This document shows, in pieces, positions 20,474 through 29,852 of a DNA stretch of 64,000 nucleotides. Position 1 is the first letter of the stretch, and each line of letters starts with the position of its first letter. The DNA is from Candidatus Rifleibacteriota bacterium (GTDB lineage Bacteria > Muiribacteriota > Ozemobacteria > Ozemobacterales > Ozemobacteraceae): the NCBI GenBank assembly GCA_024710355.1, contig JANJUX010000051.1, forward strand, positions 16,746 to 80,745. The letters are read 5' to 3'. The position numbers and the translations under genes are program-made. The notes below the pieces were generated by a model that was not told where the DNA came from, did not search any database, and was given only the letters and a program-made list of their open reading frames with translations.

Positions 20474-21363
20474 TCGTCTTCAGCAACTTTCTGAAATCTG
20501 ACTTCATCTTCGAGCTTGGTAAAACCATGCCCGATGACCTGGCGCGCATCACCGACAATTACAAAGGCTTTCGGATCATTATCATAGACGATGCGGCGCA
20601 ATATCGGCAACTCACCGCGGCGAATGGCTGTCAGCAATACGCCAACCGGTTTTCCTGAATACATGCCGATGCCTTCGAGGCTGGTAACACCGCGGTGCAG
20701 TTCTTCGATAATGGCCCAGCCGATGACATCCGACTGTTTTGAAATGATTGTCACGGTTCTGAAGACCGACATGCCTTCGAGCACGGCATCGATGACCTTG
20801 CTGGTGAAAAAAACGGTGATCAGGCCGTAAAGTGCAAGTTCAGCCCCGAAGGTGAAACCGGCAAGGCCGGTGACGACAATGTTCGATACAAGTGTCACAT
20901 CGCCGATCGGAATGCGGTATTTGTAGTGAAGTATCTGGCTGACGATATCCATACCGCCGCTGGTGCCGCCGGCCTTGAAAGTAATGCCAACCCCGATACC
21001 CGAAAGTATGCCGCCGTAAAGCCCGGCGAGAATCGGGTTGGTGGTCATCGGCGCTACTGGTATGACATTCATCATGACTTCAATGGCGGCCGAGTTGACG
21101 ATGATCGAAAAAAGGGTTTTCCAGGCTGAGCCGCGCCCGATAATCTTTGCCTGCATAGCGATCAGAACGATGTTGCAGATAAGAATGGTAAAGCCCACGG
21201 GCATTTTGACGACGAAGAAAAGGATCGTGGCAATGCCGGAGATGCCTCCCGGGGCGATCCGGTTCGGTACGGTAAAGGCGGTCATGCTGAATGCAAGCAG
21301 CAGCGCGCCTGAAATCAGATAAAAAATATCGAGCGGCCGAACGGTATCAGAAGGTTTTGCCAT
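20470..21363 (-). CDS. YitT family membrane protein
   Basis: PGGISG, GGTSGGMD, C-terminal HRGVT...G.GMYS...DPKAFV. Confidence 0.92.
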   Translation of the reverse strand: MAKPSDTVRPLDIFYLISGALLLAFSMTAFTVPNRIAPGGISGIATILFFVVKMPVGFTILICNIVLIAMQAKIIGRGSAWKTLFSIIVNSAAIEVMMNVIPVAPMTTNPILAGLYGGILSGIGVGITFKAGGTSGGMDIVSQILHYKYRIPIGDVTLVSNIVVTGLAGFTFGAELALYGLITVFFTSKVIDAVLEGMSVFRTVTIISKQSDVIGWAIIEELHRGVTSLEGIGMYSGKPVGVLLTAIRRGELPILRRIVYDNDPKAFVIVGDARQVIGHGFTKLEDEVRFQKVAEDE

Positions 21364-21525
21364 GCAATCTCCGGTTCAAATCGGTTCGAAAATTGCGGGC
21401 ATTCTAGCACAGAAAAACACTGCTAACAATCCCGGGGAAATTCCCGGCAGCGGATTGTCTGCTTGATTTTGCCACGGGGTTAAGTTAGCATGAACCCGTG
21501 ACCTGAAAGTGGCAAAAGCCTTTTG

Positions 21526-21660
21526 TCAGTCTTCGTTATTGAACTGGCCGCGGTAAAATATGACAAATTTGCAGTGGCTGCAGTTAAGCGTAAAATAGGG
21601 GGTCTGGCGACCGGTATGAGATCTGCGAATCATCGGAGCATTGCATTGTGGGCAAAGCAT
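21526..21660 (-). CDS. Small 44-aa zinc-ribbon protein (not in ORF track)
   Basis: GGAGG RBS 7 nt upstream of ATG 21660; MLCPQCNAPMIRRSHTGRQTPYFTLNCSHCKFVIFYRGQFNNED with two CxxC pairs. Confidence 0.75.
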   Translation of the reverse strand: MLCPQCNAPMIRRSHTGRQTPYFTLNCSHCKFVIFYRGQFNNED

Positions 21661-21722
21661 AGGGTGCCTCCATTATCTGATTACATTTTTCCCTGTCCTG
21701 ATAAATATATCGGCATAATTCC

Positions 21723-23081
21723 ATGAAAAATTCAGTCTTTTTTTTATTGAATCATTCCCGCTCTGGAAAAGCGCAGACCCGCTATCTGGCCGGCCTGGTC
21801 GCCGGGCTGCTCATGCTTGTTCTCGCCTTCTGGCTTTACCGGTTTCCGCAGCGCCAGACAAGGCTTGTTGCTGAAGCCAGATCACAGGCAATTATCCAGA
21901 TTGCAGCATCTGCTGCAGCTCGTCCAGCCATCAACGTTAAAAATTCTCTGACTCTTCTCGGCCGTTTGCCGGTGTTGCGTCAGTTTGATCCCGGAATGGG
22001 GCTCGCCGAAGGTATTACCGGGTGGCGCAGAGATTTCACTTTACTGCTTGAGTCGTTCGAAGCGCCTCTGGCCTCTATGTGGCAGGAATTTATCGATGTC
22101 AGCCGCGGGTTTGAGTGGTGGCAGAGTATTCCGGAAGCTGCATTGATGCGTTTCTGGAACTTTGGTACTTTTGGCAGTCTGCAGTTTGAAGGCGAAGAAG
22201 ATTTGCCGCCTTTCGGTCTGGTTTCAGTCTCAGAAGAGGAGCATGCCAGAATTTCGCTTATGGCCGGCATTGTTCCAGAGACTATGCGTCTGCTCACCGC
22301 CGGCTTTGACCGCTTTTTCAACCCGATTCTGCAGATTGTCAGATGCATCGACCATTTTCCGGGGCTGTGTTCGACAGGCTCTTCCACTGCCGTGCCGGTC
22401 CATAATCTTCTGGCGTTGATGCTCGATGATGGGCATATTCGAACCCTGGCACTCAAAAATCTTTCGGGCACCGTGCTTGCGGTGGCAGGAGACGCTGAGC
22501 TGTTTGCCTCAGATCCTGACGACCGCGACTGCCAGTCCATCAAAAACGGAATCCCATTTTTCTGCGGCCCGGTAATTTATGATCAGCAGCAGAAACGGCC
22601 GGTGTGGTGGGTGGCTGTGCCGGTGCGCAATGAGCAGCGCCAGCCGGTGGCATGCCTTTCGGCCATGGTCGATATCAGTTATCTCAGTGAAATGGCCGAT
22701 AAAACCAGTTCTGGCCCTGACAGCCTCATTTTTACCGAACGCAGCGGTGTTGCCATCGGGCATCATGACCCGCAGATCGTGGCGCAGCAGGTGAATTTGA
22801 GTGCCGCTCTGCTGCCGATACCCGAAATTGAAGAAAAGCCAATCAGCGGCATTTCTCGTCGCAATGACCGAGTGCTTCTGCAGACTGCCGCGGCGTTGAA
22901 GTATTCTGACATGCGCTATCTGCCAGACTGGTATGTCTTTATCCAGACAGACCTCACGCAGGAGAATTCTCTCGACGACTATCTGATTCTGTTGTGTGTA
23001 ATTCTGCTTGCTGCAACTGGTGGGTATGTTTTATCCTGTTGCGTTGTACGTATAAACAATTCATCCTTTGGGGAAAGATAA
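21723..23081 (+). CDS. Two-TM Cache-like sensor protein without cytoplasmic output domain
   Basis: N- and C-terminal TM helices; dCache-like motifs (VAVPVRN...CLSAMVD..YL; IFT...G.AIGH.D; W.V). Ends ~10 aa after TM2. Confidence 0.7.
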   Translation: MKNSVFFLLNHSRSGKAQTRYLAGLVAGLLMLVLAFWLYRFPQRQTRLVAEARSQAIIQIAASAAARPAINVKNSLTLLGRLPVLRQFDPGMGLAEGITGWRRDFTLLLESFEAPLASMWQEFIDVSRGFEWWQSIPEAALMRFWNFGTFGSLQFEGEEDLPPFGLVSVSEEEHARISLMAGIVPETMRLLTAGFDRFFNPILQIVRCIDHFPGLCSTGSSTAVPVHNLLALMLDDGHIRTLALKNLSGTVLAVAGDAELFASDPDDRDCQSIKNGIPFFCGPVIYDQQQKRPVWWVAVPVRNEQRQPVACLSAMVDISYLSEMADKTSSGPDSLIFTERSGVAIGHHDPQIVAQQVNLSAALLPIPEIEEKPISGISRRNDRVLLQTAAALKYSDMRYLPDWYVFIQTDLTQENSLDDYLILLCVILLAATGGYVLSCCVVRINNSSFGER

Positions 23082-23082
23082 A

Positions 23083-24747
23083 ATGACGGACCTTCGTCGT
23101 TTGGGAATGGCGTTTGCCGTGGCCTGCAGTCTTACCTGTGCCACTTCTCCTGTGTATGCCTCACGCAAGGCAACCGACATGATGTCTGAGGCTCTCAAAC
23201 AGAGAGCAGCCGGCAACCTTGGCGAAGCTATAAGCAGTCTCGAATATGCGGCTGAACAGGCCGGAAACGTTGTGCAGCAGAATCTGGCCCGTTTCATGCT
23301 CGGTGACTGTCAGCTGGAATCAGGTCGTTACGCCGACGCCGCCAGAACTTTTTCGGCTCTCAGTGAATCGGTAAAGTCAGGCGAAGAAAAGGCCGAAGCT
23401 CTTTTTCGTCTGTTGCAGGCAAATTCGGGTCTTGGCAATCAGAGCCGTGTAAACAGCATCTTTACCCAGCTTAAACGCGATCATGGTCGCAGCCCGTATT
23501 GCGAGCTGGCGAAGTCGTTTATGAAGACTCAGGGCTTTAAAGAGGAAGTCTCTTCTTCAGAACCAGTTGAAAAAGAGAATTCTCAGCCGGTGATTGTTGC
23601 AAAAACCGAGCCTGCCAAGCCGACGCCTGCGGTTAAAAAGCCTGAACCAGTCTCAAAGCCGGCGAAGTCCGATTCTGCAGCCGCAGTTGAACCTGATGAC
23701 GATATCCTTCCGGATGAGCGACCGCAGCCGGACCATGAGATCACAGAAATGGAAGAAGCCCCGCCGCCGCCCGAGCAAAAACCGATTGCCAGGCCTGAGC
23801 CGGCAAAAGCTTCTAAACCCGAAGTTGCTGCGCCAGCTATCACCGGGAAAGGCATGAAAAAGGCAGACCCACAGACCGCAACTTTGCTGCGTTCGATTCT
23901 GCAGGTCGAAACTGCCGCCGGCACAGCTAAAGACGAACTGGTCAGCCGGATTCTCGGGCTCCAGGATTCGCTTAAAGACGGTCCTGAAAAGGCCGGTATG
24001 GATAAGGTTCTAATGGATCTCGCCGAAGCCACTACCGGTTTTGGTGAACTGCTCGAAGCCTGCAAGACTTACGATAAGGTTCTTACGCACCACCCGGCAT
24101 CGCCGTTGGTAGAAAAGGCTTATTTTCAGGCAATCCGCCTGCGCGCCGTTTTAGGAGTGCATGAGGCGGTCGTTGGCTGGTCAAAAGCCTTCCTTGCCGC
24201 TTTCCCCGCTTCTGAATACCGCAGTCAGGTGCGTGCTCTCGTCGAATATTCACAGGCAGGCGGCCAGCTCGATCTTTCGGCCGGCGGTTCGCCGGCGACG
24301 GCCACAGTGAAGGGTGGTTCTGGCGCCAGGTCGGCGGCCGGGGCAGACACTTCGTCGGCAAACGCGGCTCTCGCGGCTGATTCCCAATATGCTGCCGCCT
24401 CGCGCAAAATGAAAGACGGCAAATATACTCTGGCGCTCGTCGATTTCAATCGTCTGGCGAAGAAATACCCAGATGCATCCCAGATCTGGTGGGATGCAGC
24501 GCTCGTCAATGTTCAGCTTGAAGATTTTAAAAAGGCTGCGGTGGCGATCAACCGCATGCTTGAACTCGATCCTGGCAATCAGGATGCCAATTCTCTATCA
24601 GGATATATTCACTACCGGCTCGAAAACTTTGAAGAAGCCGCCAGTGCTTATGATCAGGCCGGTGAGCCCGAAGGCCGCGGGGTAAACTTTTTTGATGCCA
24701 AAACTGCTTCAGAGCGCATGAAAAAGACGGCCGAAAAGAAAAAGTAA
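23083..24747 (+). CDS. Secreted TPR protein with Pro/Lys/Glu-rich linker (BamD/CpoB-like repeats)
   Basis: Signal peptide; three TPR clusters separated by low-complexity linkers. Confidence 0.8.
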   Translation: MTDLRRLGMAFAVACSLTCATSPVYASRKATDMMSEALKQRAAGNLGEAISSLEYAAEQAGNVVQQNLARFMLGDCQLESGRYADAARTFSALSESVKSGEEKAEALFRLLQANSGLGNQSRVNSIFTQLKRDHGRSPYCELAKSFMKTQGFKEEVSSSEPVEKENSQPVIVAKTEPAKPTPAVKKPEPVSKPAKSDSAAAVEPDDDILPDERPQPDHEITEMEEAPPPPEQKPIARPEPAKASKPEVAAPAITGKGMKKADPQTATLLRSILQVETAAGTAKDELVSRILGLQDSLKDGPEKAGMDKVLMDLAEATTGFGELLEACKTYDKVLTHHPASPLVEKAYFQAIRLRAVLGVHEAVVGWSKAFLAAFPASEYRSQVRALVEYSQAGGQLDLSAGGSPATATVKGGSGARSAAGADTSSANAALAADSQYAAASRKMKDGKYTLALVDFNRLAKKYPDASQIWWDAALVNVQLEDFKKAAVAINRMLELDPGNQDANSLSGYIHYRLENFEEAASAYDQAGEPEGRGVNFFDAKTASERMKKTAEKKK

Positions 24748-24768
24748 GCTACGAAGGAGAAGTTACAG

Positions 24769-25848
24769 ATGAACAGCGAAAACATTCAGGTGATTCAGTC
24801 TTTTATCAAAGACGGCGATGCCAAAAAGGGCGCGTCAGAATGGGGCGCAGCAAAAATTTGCTATCTGAAGGCTTCTGAAGAATACCAGAGCATCCGCGAG
24901 ATTGACCCTAAAGCACCGGTAACCAAAGAAGAGGAAGACATCAAACGCATTATCGCCGGGCGTATTGCTGAAGTGGATGAACATCTGGCAGGCGTGCATC
25001 TCGAAAAAGGTGAAACCGCCCTGCGCAACAAAGCCTGGCAGGTTGCCATCGACGAGCTTGAAGAAGCTACCTCACTCGCCCGTGACGAGAATGTCAAATT
25101 TCTCGAAGAAGTTAAGGCTCTGCTCGACAAAGCGCGCGAAAGACAGCGCGATCACCTGCTGCATATCGAAATGACGCCGTTTGTCGAACGCGGCGATGAT
25201 TTCAGCCGTTCCGGCAACTTCGGCGAAGCCATTCTTGAATACCAGGCAGCTCTGAAACTGGTTAGCGGTCTGCCCGATAACCACCGCTTCATCAGCTACA
25301 TCAAGGCTGCTCTCACCGATTGCCGCCGCTGCATCATCAGGCCCTATCTCGCCAAGATCAACAAAGCATGCCATGCCGGCAAATATGCTCACGCTGCCAC
25401 CATGCTCAAACGCGCGCAGCTGCTGCTCGACACCCGCGATAACGTTTATCACGCCTTTCTTGAACAGCTCAAGGAAAAGATCCATCAGAACCTCAAAGAA
25501 GACGAATTCGTCGAAACCGAAGAATTCGAAGCTCCCGAAGTCTGGGAACAGGCCGTTAAAGATTACGAGGAAGCGCTCGACCTTTATTCTTCGTTCTCGG
25601 TTACCGACCCCTTCGCACCGGCTTATACCGGGGTAAATGTTTTTGAAGACCGTTTTGTCGAATCGCGCCGCAAACTCGGCAAGCTCTACAAGACCCGTGC
25701 CGACCGCCTCAGAGACCAGGCAAAGGTTGAAAAGGCGATTCGTAACTACAAAGAGGCTCTCAAGCTTCTGCCCCGCTCAGATAAAATGTTTCACGAAGCT
25801 TTTCGTGAAATGAAAAAGCTGCGTGCCCAGGTGGCTGTTCCGGCCTAA
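24769..25848 (+). CDS. Cytoplasmic TPR-like helical protein
   Basis: AAGGAG RBS; repeated A...Y..AL.L helical-hairpin motifs. Confidence 0.8.
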   Translation: MNSENIQVIQSFIKDGDAKKGASEWGAAKICYLKASEEYQSIREIDPKAPVTKEEEDIKRIIAGRIAEVDEHLAGVHLEKGETALRNKAWQVAIDELEEATSLARDENVKFLEEVKALLDKARERQRDHLLHIEMTPFVERGDDFSRSGNFGEAILEYQAALKLVSGLPDNHRFISYIKAALTDCRRCIIRPYLAKINKACHAGKYAHAATMLKRAQLLLDTRDNVYHAFLEQLKEKIHQNLKEDEFVETEEFEAPEVWEQAVKDYEEALDLYSSFSVTDPFAPAYTGVNVFEDRFVESRRKLGKLYKTRADRLRDQAKVEKAIRNYKEALKLLPRSDKMFHEAFREMKKLRAQVAVPA

Positions 25849-28197
25849 ATGAGTCCAAAACCGCAGACAGAAGATTTTCTCAATTCCAGCGAGATTATCA
25901 GGCTGACCTCCGAGAAGCCGGCCGGTCTAATACCTCTATGGGAATTCGTTCTCGCGCTGATCGTCGCTCTGGTAACGACGCTGCTGTTTTATTTCGGTTA
26001 TTTCAACCGCATCGAAAATGCCACCCTCGATTTTCGTTTCGACCAGCGCGGCGAAATGGCGAAAAACCATGACATCGTTCTGATAAGCATTACTGAAGAA
26101 TGTCTCGGCGAAATTGGTACCTGGCCCTGGCCGCGCGCTACCCATGGTCGACTGCTCAATACTCTTAAAAAAGAAGGGGCGAAAGTCGTCGCTTTCGATA
26201 TTCTTTTCAATGACCCGTCACTCGCCGGCCCGGAAGATGACAAAGAGTTCGGACAGCAGATTCTCAGGTTCGGGCGCGTCGTTCTGCCACGCATTGCCTC
26301 GAAAACAACCCTGCTGGATCCCGAAACTTTCGAATTTGTCGAGAGAGCCGGCTGGGCAAGACCGGTTCCGATTCTGCTCGAAGCCCGGCCACACGAAGGC
26401 TTCATCGATATCGATCACAAGGTTCTTAACCCCGACGGTGTCATTCGTAAGCTGCGCCTGCAGAAAAAACACGGCGAAATTACCAGTAATATTTTTGGTA
26501 TTGCGGCTGCCGAAGCTTATCTTGGCGTAAAACCAGTTGTCGAAAGCTTCGGCATGCGTGTCGGCGATCGGCTGCTGCCATTTTTCGACTGCTACGAACC
26601 AGAATCTGGTCAGCGTGAAAAATCCTACCTCGTTAACTACGCCGGCGGTAACCGGCATTTTGACGAAATCAGCTATTCCGAAGTTTTAAGCGGTAAATAC
26701 CCGCATGGTTTTTTTACCAACCGCCTGGTGCTTGTTGGTACCAGAGCTGCCGGCATCTCTGAAGATCTCAAGTTTTGCCCCTATGGCGCCCTGTCTGGCG
26801 TCGAGATTCACGCCAATCTGCTGCACAATATTCTCAACCGTCGCTTTCTGCATCGCAGTACTGTCGAGACAACGATAGTTCTTATTTTCGTTTTTGCTTT
26901 CGGAGCTGCCTATCTGCTCTGGAAAACCCCGGGCTTTTCGGCCAACGCCATTTGTCTGGGTGCGGCTGCAGCCTGGCTGATTGCCGGTATACTCCTGTTC
27001 AACTATGATTTCATTCTTGAAGTGACTCCGATTCTGGTCATGGTACCGTTTCAATGGGCTGTTACCAGATTGATTCAGCAGTTCGAATCGCTCAAGGAAA
27101 AGAACTATGACCTGGCTCGCAAAGTCAGAGAACTGGCGATCATCAATGAGGTGAGCAAGGCCGTCAGTTTTATGGGCGACCTCGGAAAAACCCTCGATGC
27201 CATTCTCAGCCGCGGGGTTCAGGTTCTCAATGCCGAACGTGGTTCTTTGTTCCTGCTTGACGATAAATACGAAGAGCTTGTCGAAAAGTCAGTGGTTTTT
27301 GGTGTTGAAGGCGAAGCCCGTATCGATGAAAACCTTAAAAAGCAGTTCAAGAGCGGCATCGGCATTGCCGGTGAGGTTTTCAATTCGGGCCGGCCTCGCC
27401 TGATTCAGAATGTGCGCAAAGACAAGAGTTTCGCGTTTCGTGATGCCGAGCGCGACAGCATCAGAACGCTGATCTGCGTGCCGCTGATGATAAAAGATAC
27501 TGCTATCGGGGTCATGAATGTCGTTAACCGCCGCGAAGGCCGCTTTAATGACGAAGATCTGCAGACGGCCCTGACAATGGCCAACCAGGCGGCCGTGGTT
27601 ATCGAAAAATCACGTCTGTATAATCTGGCCACTATCGACGGTCTGACCGGCCTCGTTGTCAGAAGACACTTTCAGGCGAAAATTGAAGAGGAATACCGCC
27701 GCGCCCGCCGCTACAGCAAGCCTTTGTCATACCTGATGACCGACATCGACCACTTCAAGAAATTCAACGATACCTACGGCCATCAGACCGGTGACATGGT
27801 GCTGCGCGAAGTTGCTAAAATCGTGCGTGATACGGTGCGTGATACCGATATCGCCGCCCGTTACGGTGGCGAAGAATTTGCCGTGATCCTTCCCGAAACC
27901 GAACCGGATGGCGCCATGCTGCTTGCTGAAAGACTGCGACAGCGGGTAGAATCGGCGATATTTGCCGGCCCGACCGGCGATCTGAAGGTAACCATAAGTG
28001 TCGGGGTCTGCTCTATGCCGATCAATCAGCCCGAGAGCGCCACCGAAATGATAAAAATGGCTGACGAAGCCTTGTATGTCTGCAAGCGCAATGGCCGTAA
28101 CCGCGTCGAACGGGCTGAAAATCCGCCAACAGAACCCACACCGTCACCTGCTCCGGCGCCGGCGCCAGCGCCAGCGGCCGGGCCAACCTCCGCCTGA
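25849..28197 (+). CDS. Diguanylate cyclase CHASE2-GAF-GGDEF
   Basis: CHASE2 (WPWPR, FDILF, DGVIR, GVEIHAN), three TM helices, GAF, DIDHFKKFND, RDTD I-site, GGEEF. Confidence 0.95.
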   Translation: MSPKPQTEDFLNSSEIIRLTSEKPAGLIPLWEFVLALIVALVTTLLFYFGYFNRIENATLDFRFDQRGEMAKNHDIVLISITEECLGEIGTWPWPRATHGRLLNTLKKEGAKVVAFDILFNDPSLAGPEDDKEFGQQILRFGRVVLPRIASKTTLLDPETFEFVERAGWARPVPILLEARPHEGFIDIDHKVLNPDGVIRKLRLQKKHGEITSNIFGIAAAEAYLGVKPVVESFGMRVGDRLLPFFDCYEPESGQREKSYLVNYAGGNRHFDEISYSEVLSGKYPHGFFTNRLVLVGTRAAGISEDLKFCPYGALSGVEIHANLLHNILNRRFLHRSTVETTIVLIFVFAFGAAYLLWKTPGFSANAICLGAAAAWLIAGILLFNYDFILEVTPILVMVPFQWAVTRLIQQFESLKEKNYDLARKVRELAIINEVSKAVSFMGDLGKTLDAILSRGVQVLNAERGSLFLLDDKYEELVEKSVVFGVEGEARIDENLKKQFKSGIGIAGEVFNSGRPRLIQNVRKDKSFAFRDAERDSIRTLICVPLMIKDTAIGVMNVVNRREGRFNDEDLQTALTMANQAAVVIEKSRLYNLATIDGLTGLVVRRHFQAKIEEEYRRARRYSKPLSYLMTDIDHFKKFNDTYGHQTGDMVLREVAKIVRDTVRDTDIAARYGGEEFAVILPETEPDGAMLLAERLRQRVESAIFAGPTGDLKVTISVGVCSMPINQPESATEMIKMADEALYVCKRNGRNRVERAENPPTEPTPSPAPAPAPAPAAGPTSA

Positions 28198-28198
28198 T

Positions 28199-29638
28199 TC
28201 AGATTTTTTCGAGGTCTTCGCGCTGCAGATTCAGATTTTTCAGGGCCCGGTAAAAAGTGGCCTTGTGGATGCCAAGGAATTCTGAAGCTTTGGTGATGTT
28301 TCCGCCCGCAAGGCGGTAGGCATGGCGAAGCTCTTCGGCAGAAAACTTTCTTTCGCCGTTGACCGACTGAGGGACTCTTATACCGCCATTGCCTGCAACA
28401 GCGGTGTCATCGGGCATGCCGAGTGCGATGGGCTGTCGATCAGGTGTAATGGCGACTTCGGTATAGCCTGTGGTGCCGGCATAGCGTGCTGCGTTCATGC
28501 GTTCCTCATACCATTCTTTCAGAGCCCGAAGCCCGATAACATCGGTCTGATTTTCGGCAAAGAGTCTTTCCATGAGGTTGCGCAGTTCTCTGACGTTGCC
28601 CGGCCACTGATACTGCTTCAGCAATTGTACCGCCTCGCGTGTCAGGCATGCGACATTGCGGCCGTATTTCTGGTTGAACTGCCTGATAAAATACTGAATC
28701 AGCAGTTCGAGATCTTCGCTTCTCTGCCTGAGTGGCGGAATACGTATCTGCAACGCGTTGATGCGGTAAAAAAGGTCAGACCGGAAAACGTTTTCGAGGC
28801 TGGCTTTTTCGAGATTGCGGTTGGTGGCGGCAATAATTCTGACATCGACTTTAATCGGGTTTTCGGAGCCGACCCTTTCGATCTGTGAAGTTTCAAGAAC
28901 GCGCAGCAGTTTGGCCTGCGACAACTGCGGCAGGTCGCCAATTTCATCGAGAAAAAGGGTGCCGCCACTGGCGCGTTCGAAACGCCCGCGATGCGACTTG
29001 ATCGCGCCGGTGAACGAACCTTTTTCGTGCCCGAACAACTCGCTTTCGAAGAGAGTATCAGTGATCGCCGAACAGTTCATGGTGACAAACGGGCCCCGGG
29101 CCCGCCGGCTCATCTGGTGAACAGCGGCGGCAATCCCTTCCTTGCCGGCACCTGTTTCGCCGGTAACCAGAACGGCGGCGTCAGACATCGCATACATTCT
29201 CACCTTGTTGAAAACCTGCTGCATGGCATCTGATACGCCAATCAGACCGCAGAAACTGGCCTCTTCGATCATTGCCGGAGGTGTCGCCGAAACTTCCTGC
29301 AGCAGAATGCTTGTCAGTTCTTCGTTGCCTGGCCCGGGTCTGATTACAGAATCCAGCAGTAGCTGATGTACATTGCCACGGGTATCTTTCAGCGCCACAC
29401 GAAAGCCACTCATGGCTGTGGCGTCGTGAGTCCGCTCGATCAATTCGACTATACCGGGTAATACCGGCTCAAGAATCTTGTCGACCGGCTTTTCCTGGAG
29501 CTCGGCAGCCGTATGACCGAGATACCCGGCCAGCCACTCAGGAATTTCATGAATGACAAATCCGCCATCGACCATTTTTACGGTCAGATTGCGACTGGGC
29601 GGCAGAAGCAGCAGCGGGTGTCTTTCTGTGTTCATCAT
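28199..29638 (-). CDS. Sigma-54-dependent transcriptional activator (PAS-like, AAA+, Fis HTH)
   Basis: GETGAGKE, ESELFGHEKGSFTGA, FLDEIG, WPGNVREL, C-terminal HTH (NITKASEFLGI). Confidence 0.95.
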   Translation of the reverse strand: MMNTERHPLLLLPPSRNLTVKMVDGGFVIHEIPEWLAGYLGHTAAELQEKPVDKILEPVLPGIVELIERTHDATAMSGFRVALKDTRGNVHQLLLDSVIRPGPGNEELTSILLQEVSATPPAMIEEASFCGLIGVSDAMQQVFNKVRMYAMSDAAVLVTGETGAGKEGIAAAVHQMSRRARGPFVTMNCSAITDTLFESELFGHEKGSFTGAIKSHRGRFERASGGTLFLDEIGDLPQLSQAKLLRVLETSQIERVGSENPIKVDVRIIAATNRNLEKASLENVFRSDLFYRINALQIRIPPLRQRSEDLELLIQYFIRQFNQKYGRNVACLTREAVQLLKQYQWPGNVRELRNLMERLFAENQTDVIGLRALKEWYEERMNAARYAGTTGYTEVAITPDRQPIALGMPDDTAVAGNGGIRVPQSVNGERKFSAEELRHAYRLAGGNITKASEFLGIHKATFYRALKNLNLQREDLEKI

Positions 29639-29852
29639 ATTTTAAAGCATATTACAATTTTGCCCGGTATTTTTCAACCCGCCGCCGGTGAACCGCGAAA
29701 ATCTGTGACCTGCAGTAAAGCGCATGTTTTTGCAGCAGATATGGTGAATTGCAAAAATATCGTCAGGTATTTTCAGGCATCTGCCGATTAGTGACGCGTA
29801 TCGCCATATCTGAAAAGTTCTGCCGGAAAACCTAATGATCAGACCTGAAACT

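Noticed and set aside
21465-21520. Nested inverted repeat (TTTTGCCAC...GTGGCAAAA) as a riboswitch
   Set aside because: No match to c-di-GMP or other riboswitch consensus that I can recognise. It is more simply a terminator-like or promoter element next to the small zinc-ribbon gene.
29640-29850. Sigma54 promoter beside the bEBP gene
   Set aside because: No convincing TGGCAC-N5-TTGC element was found by eye.
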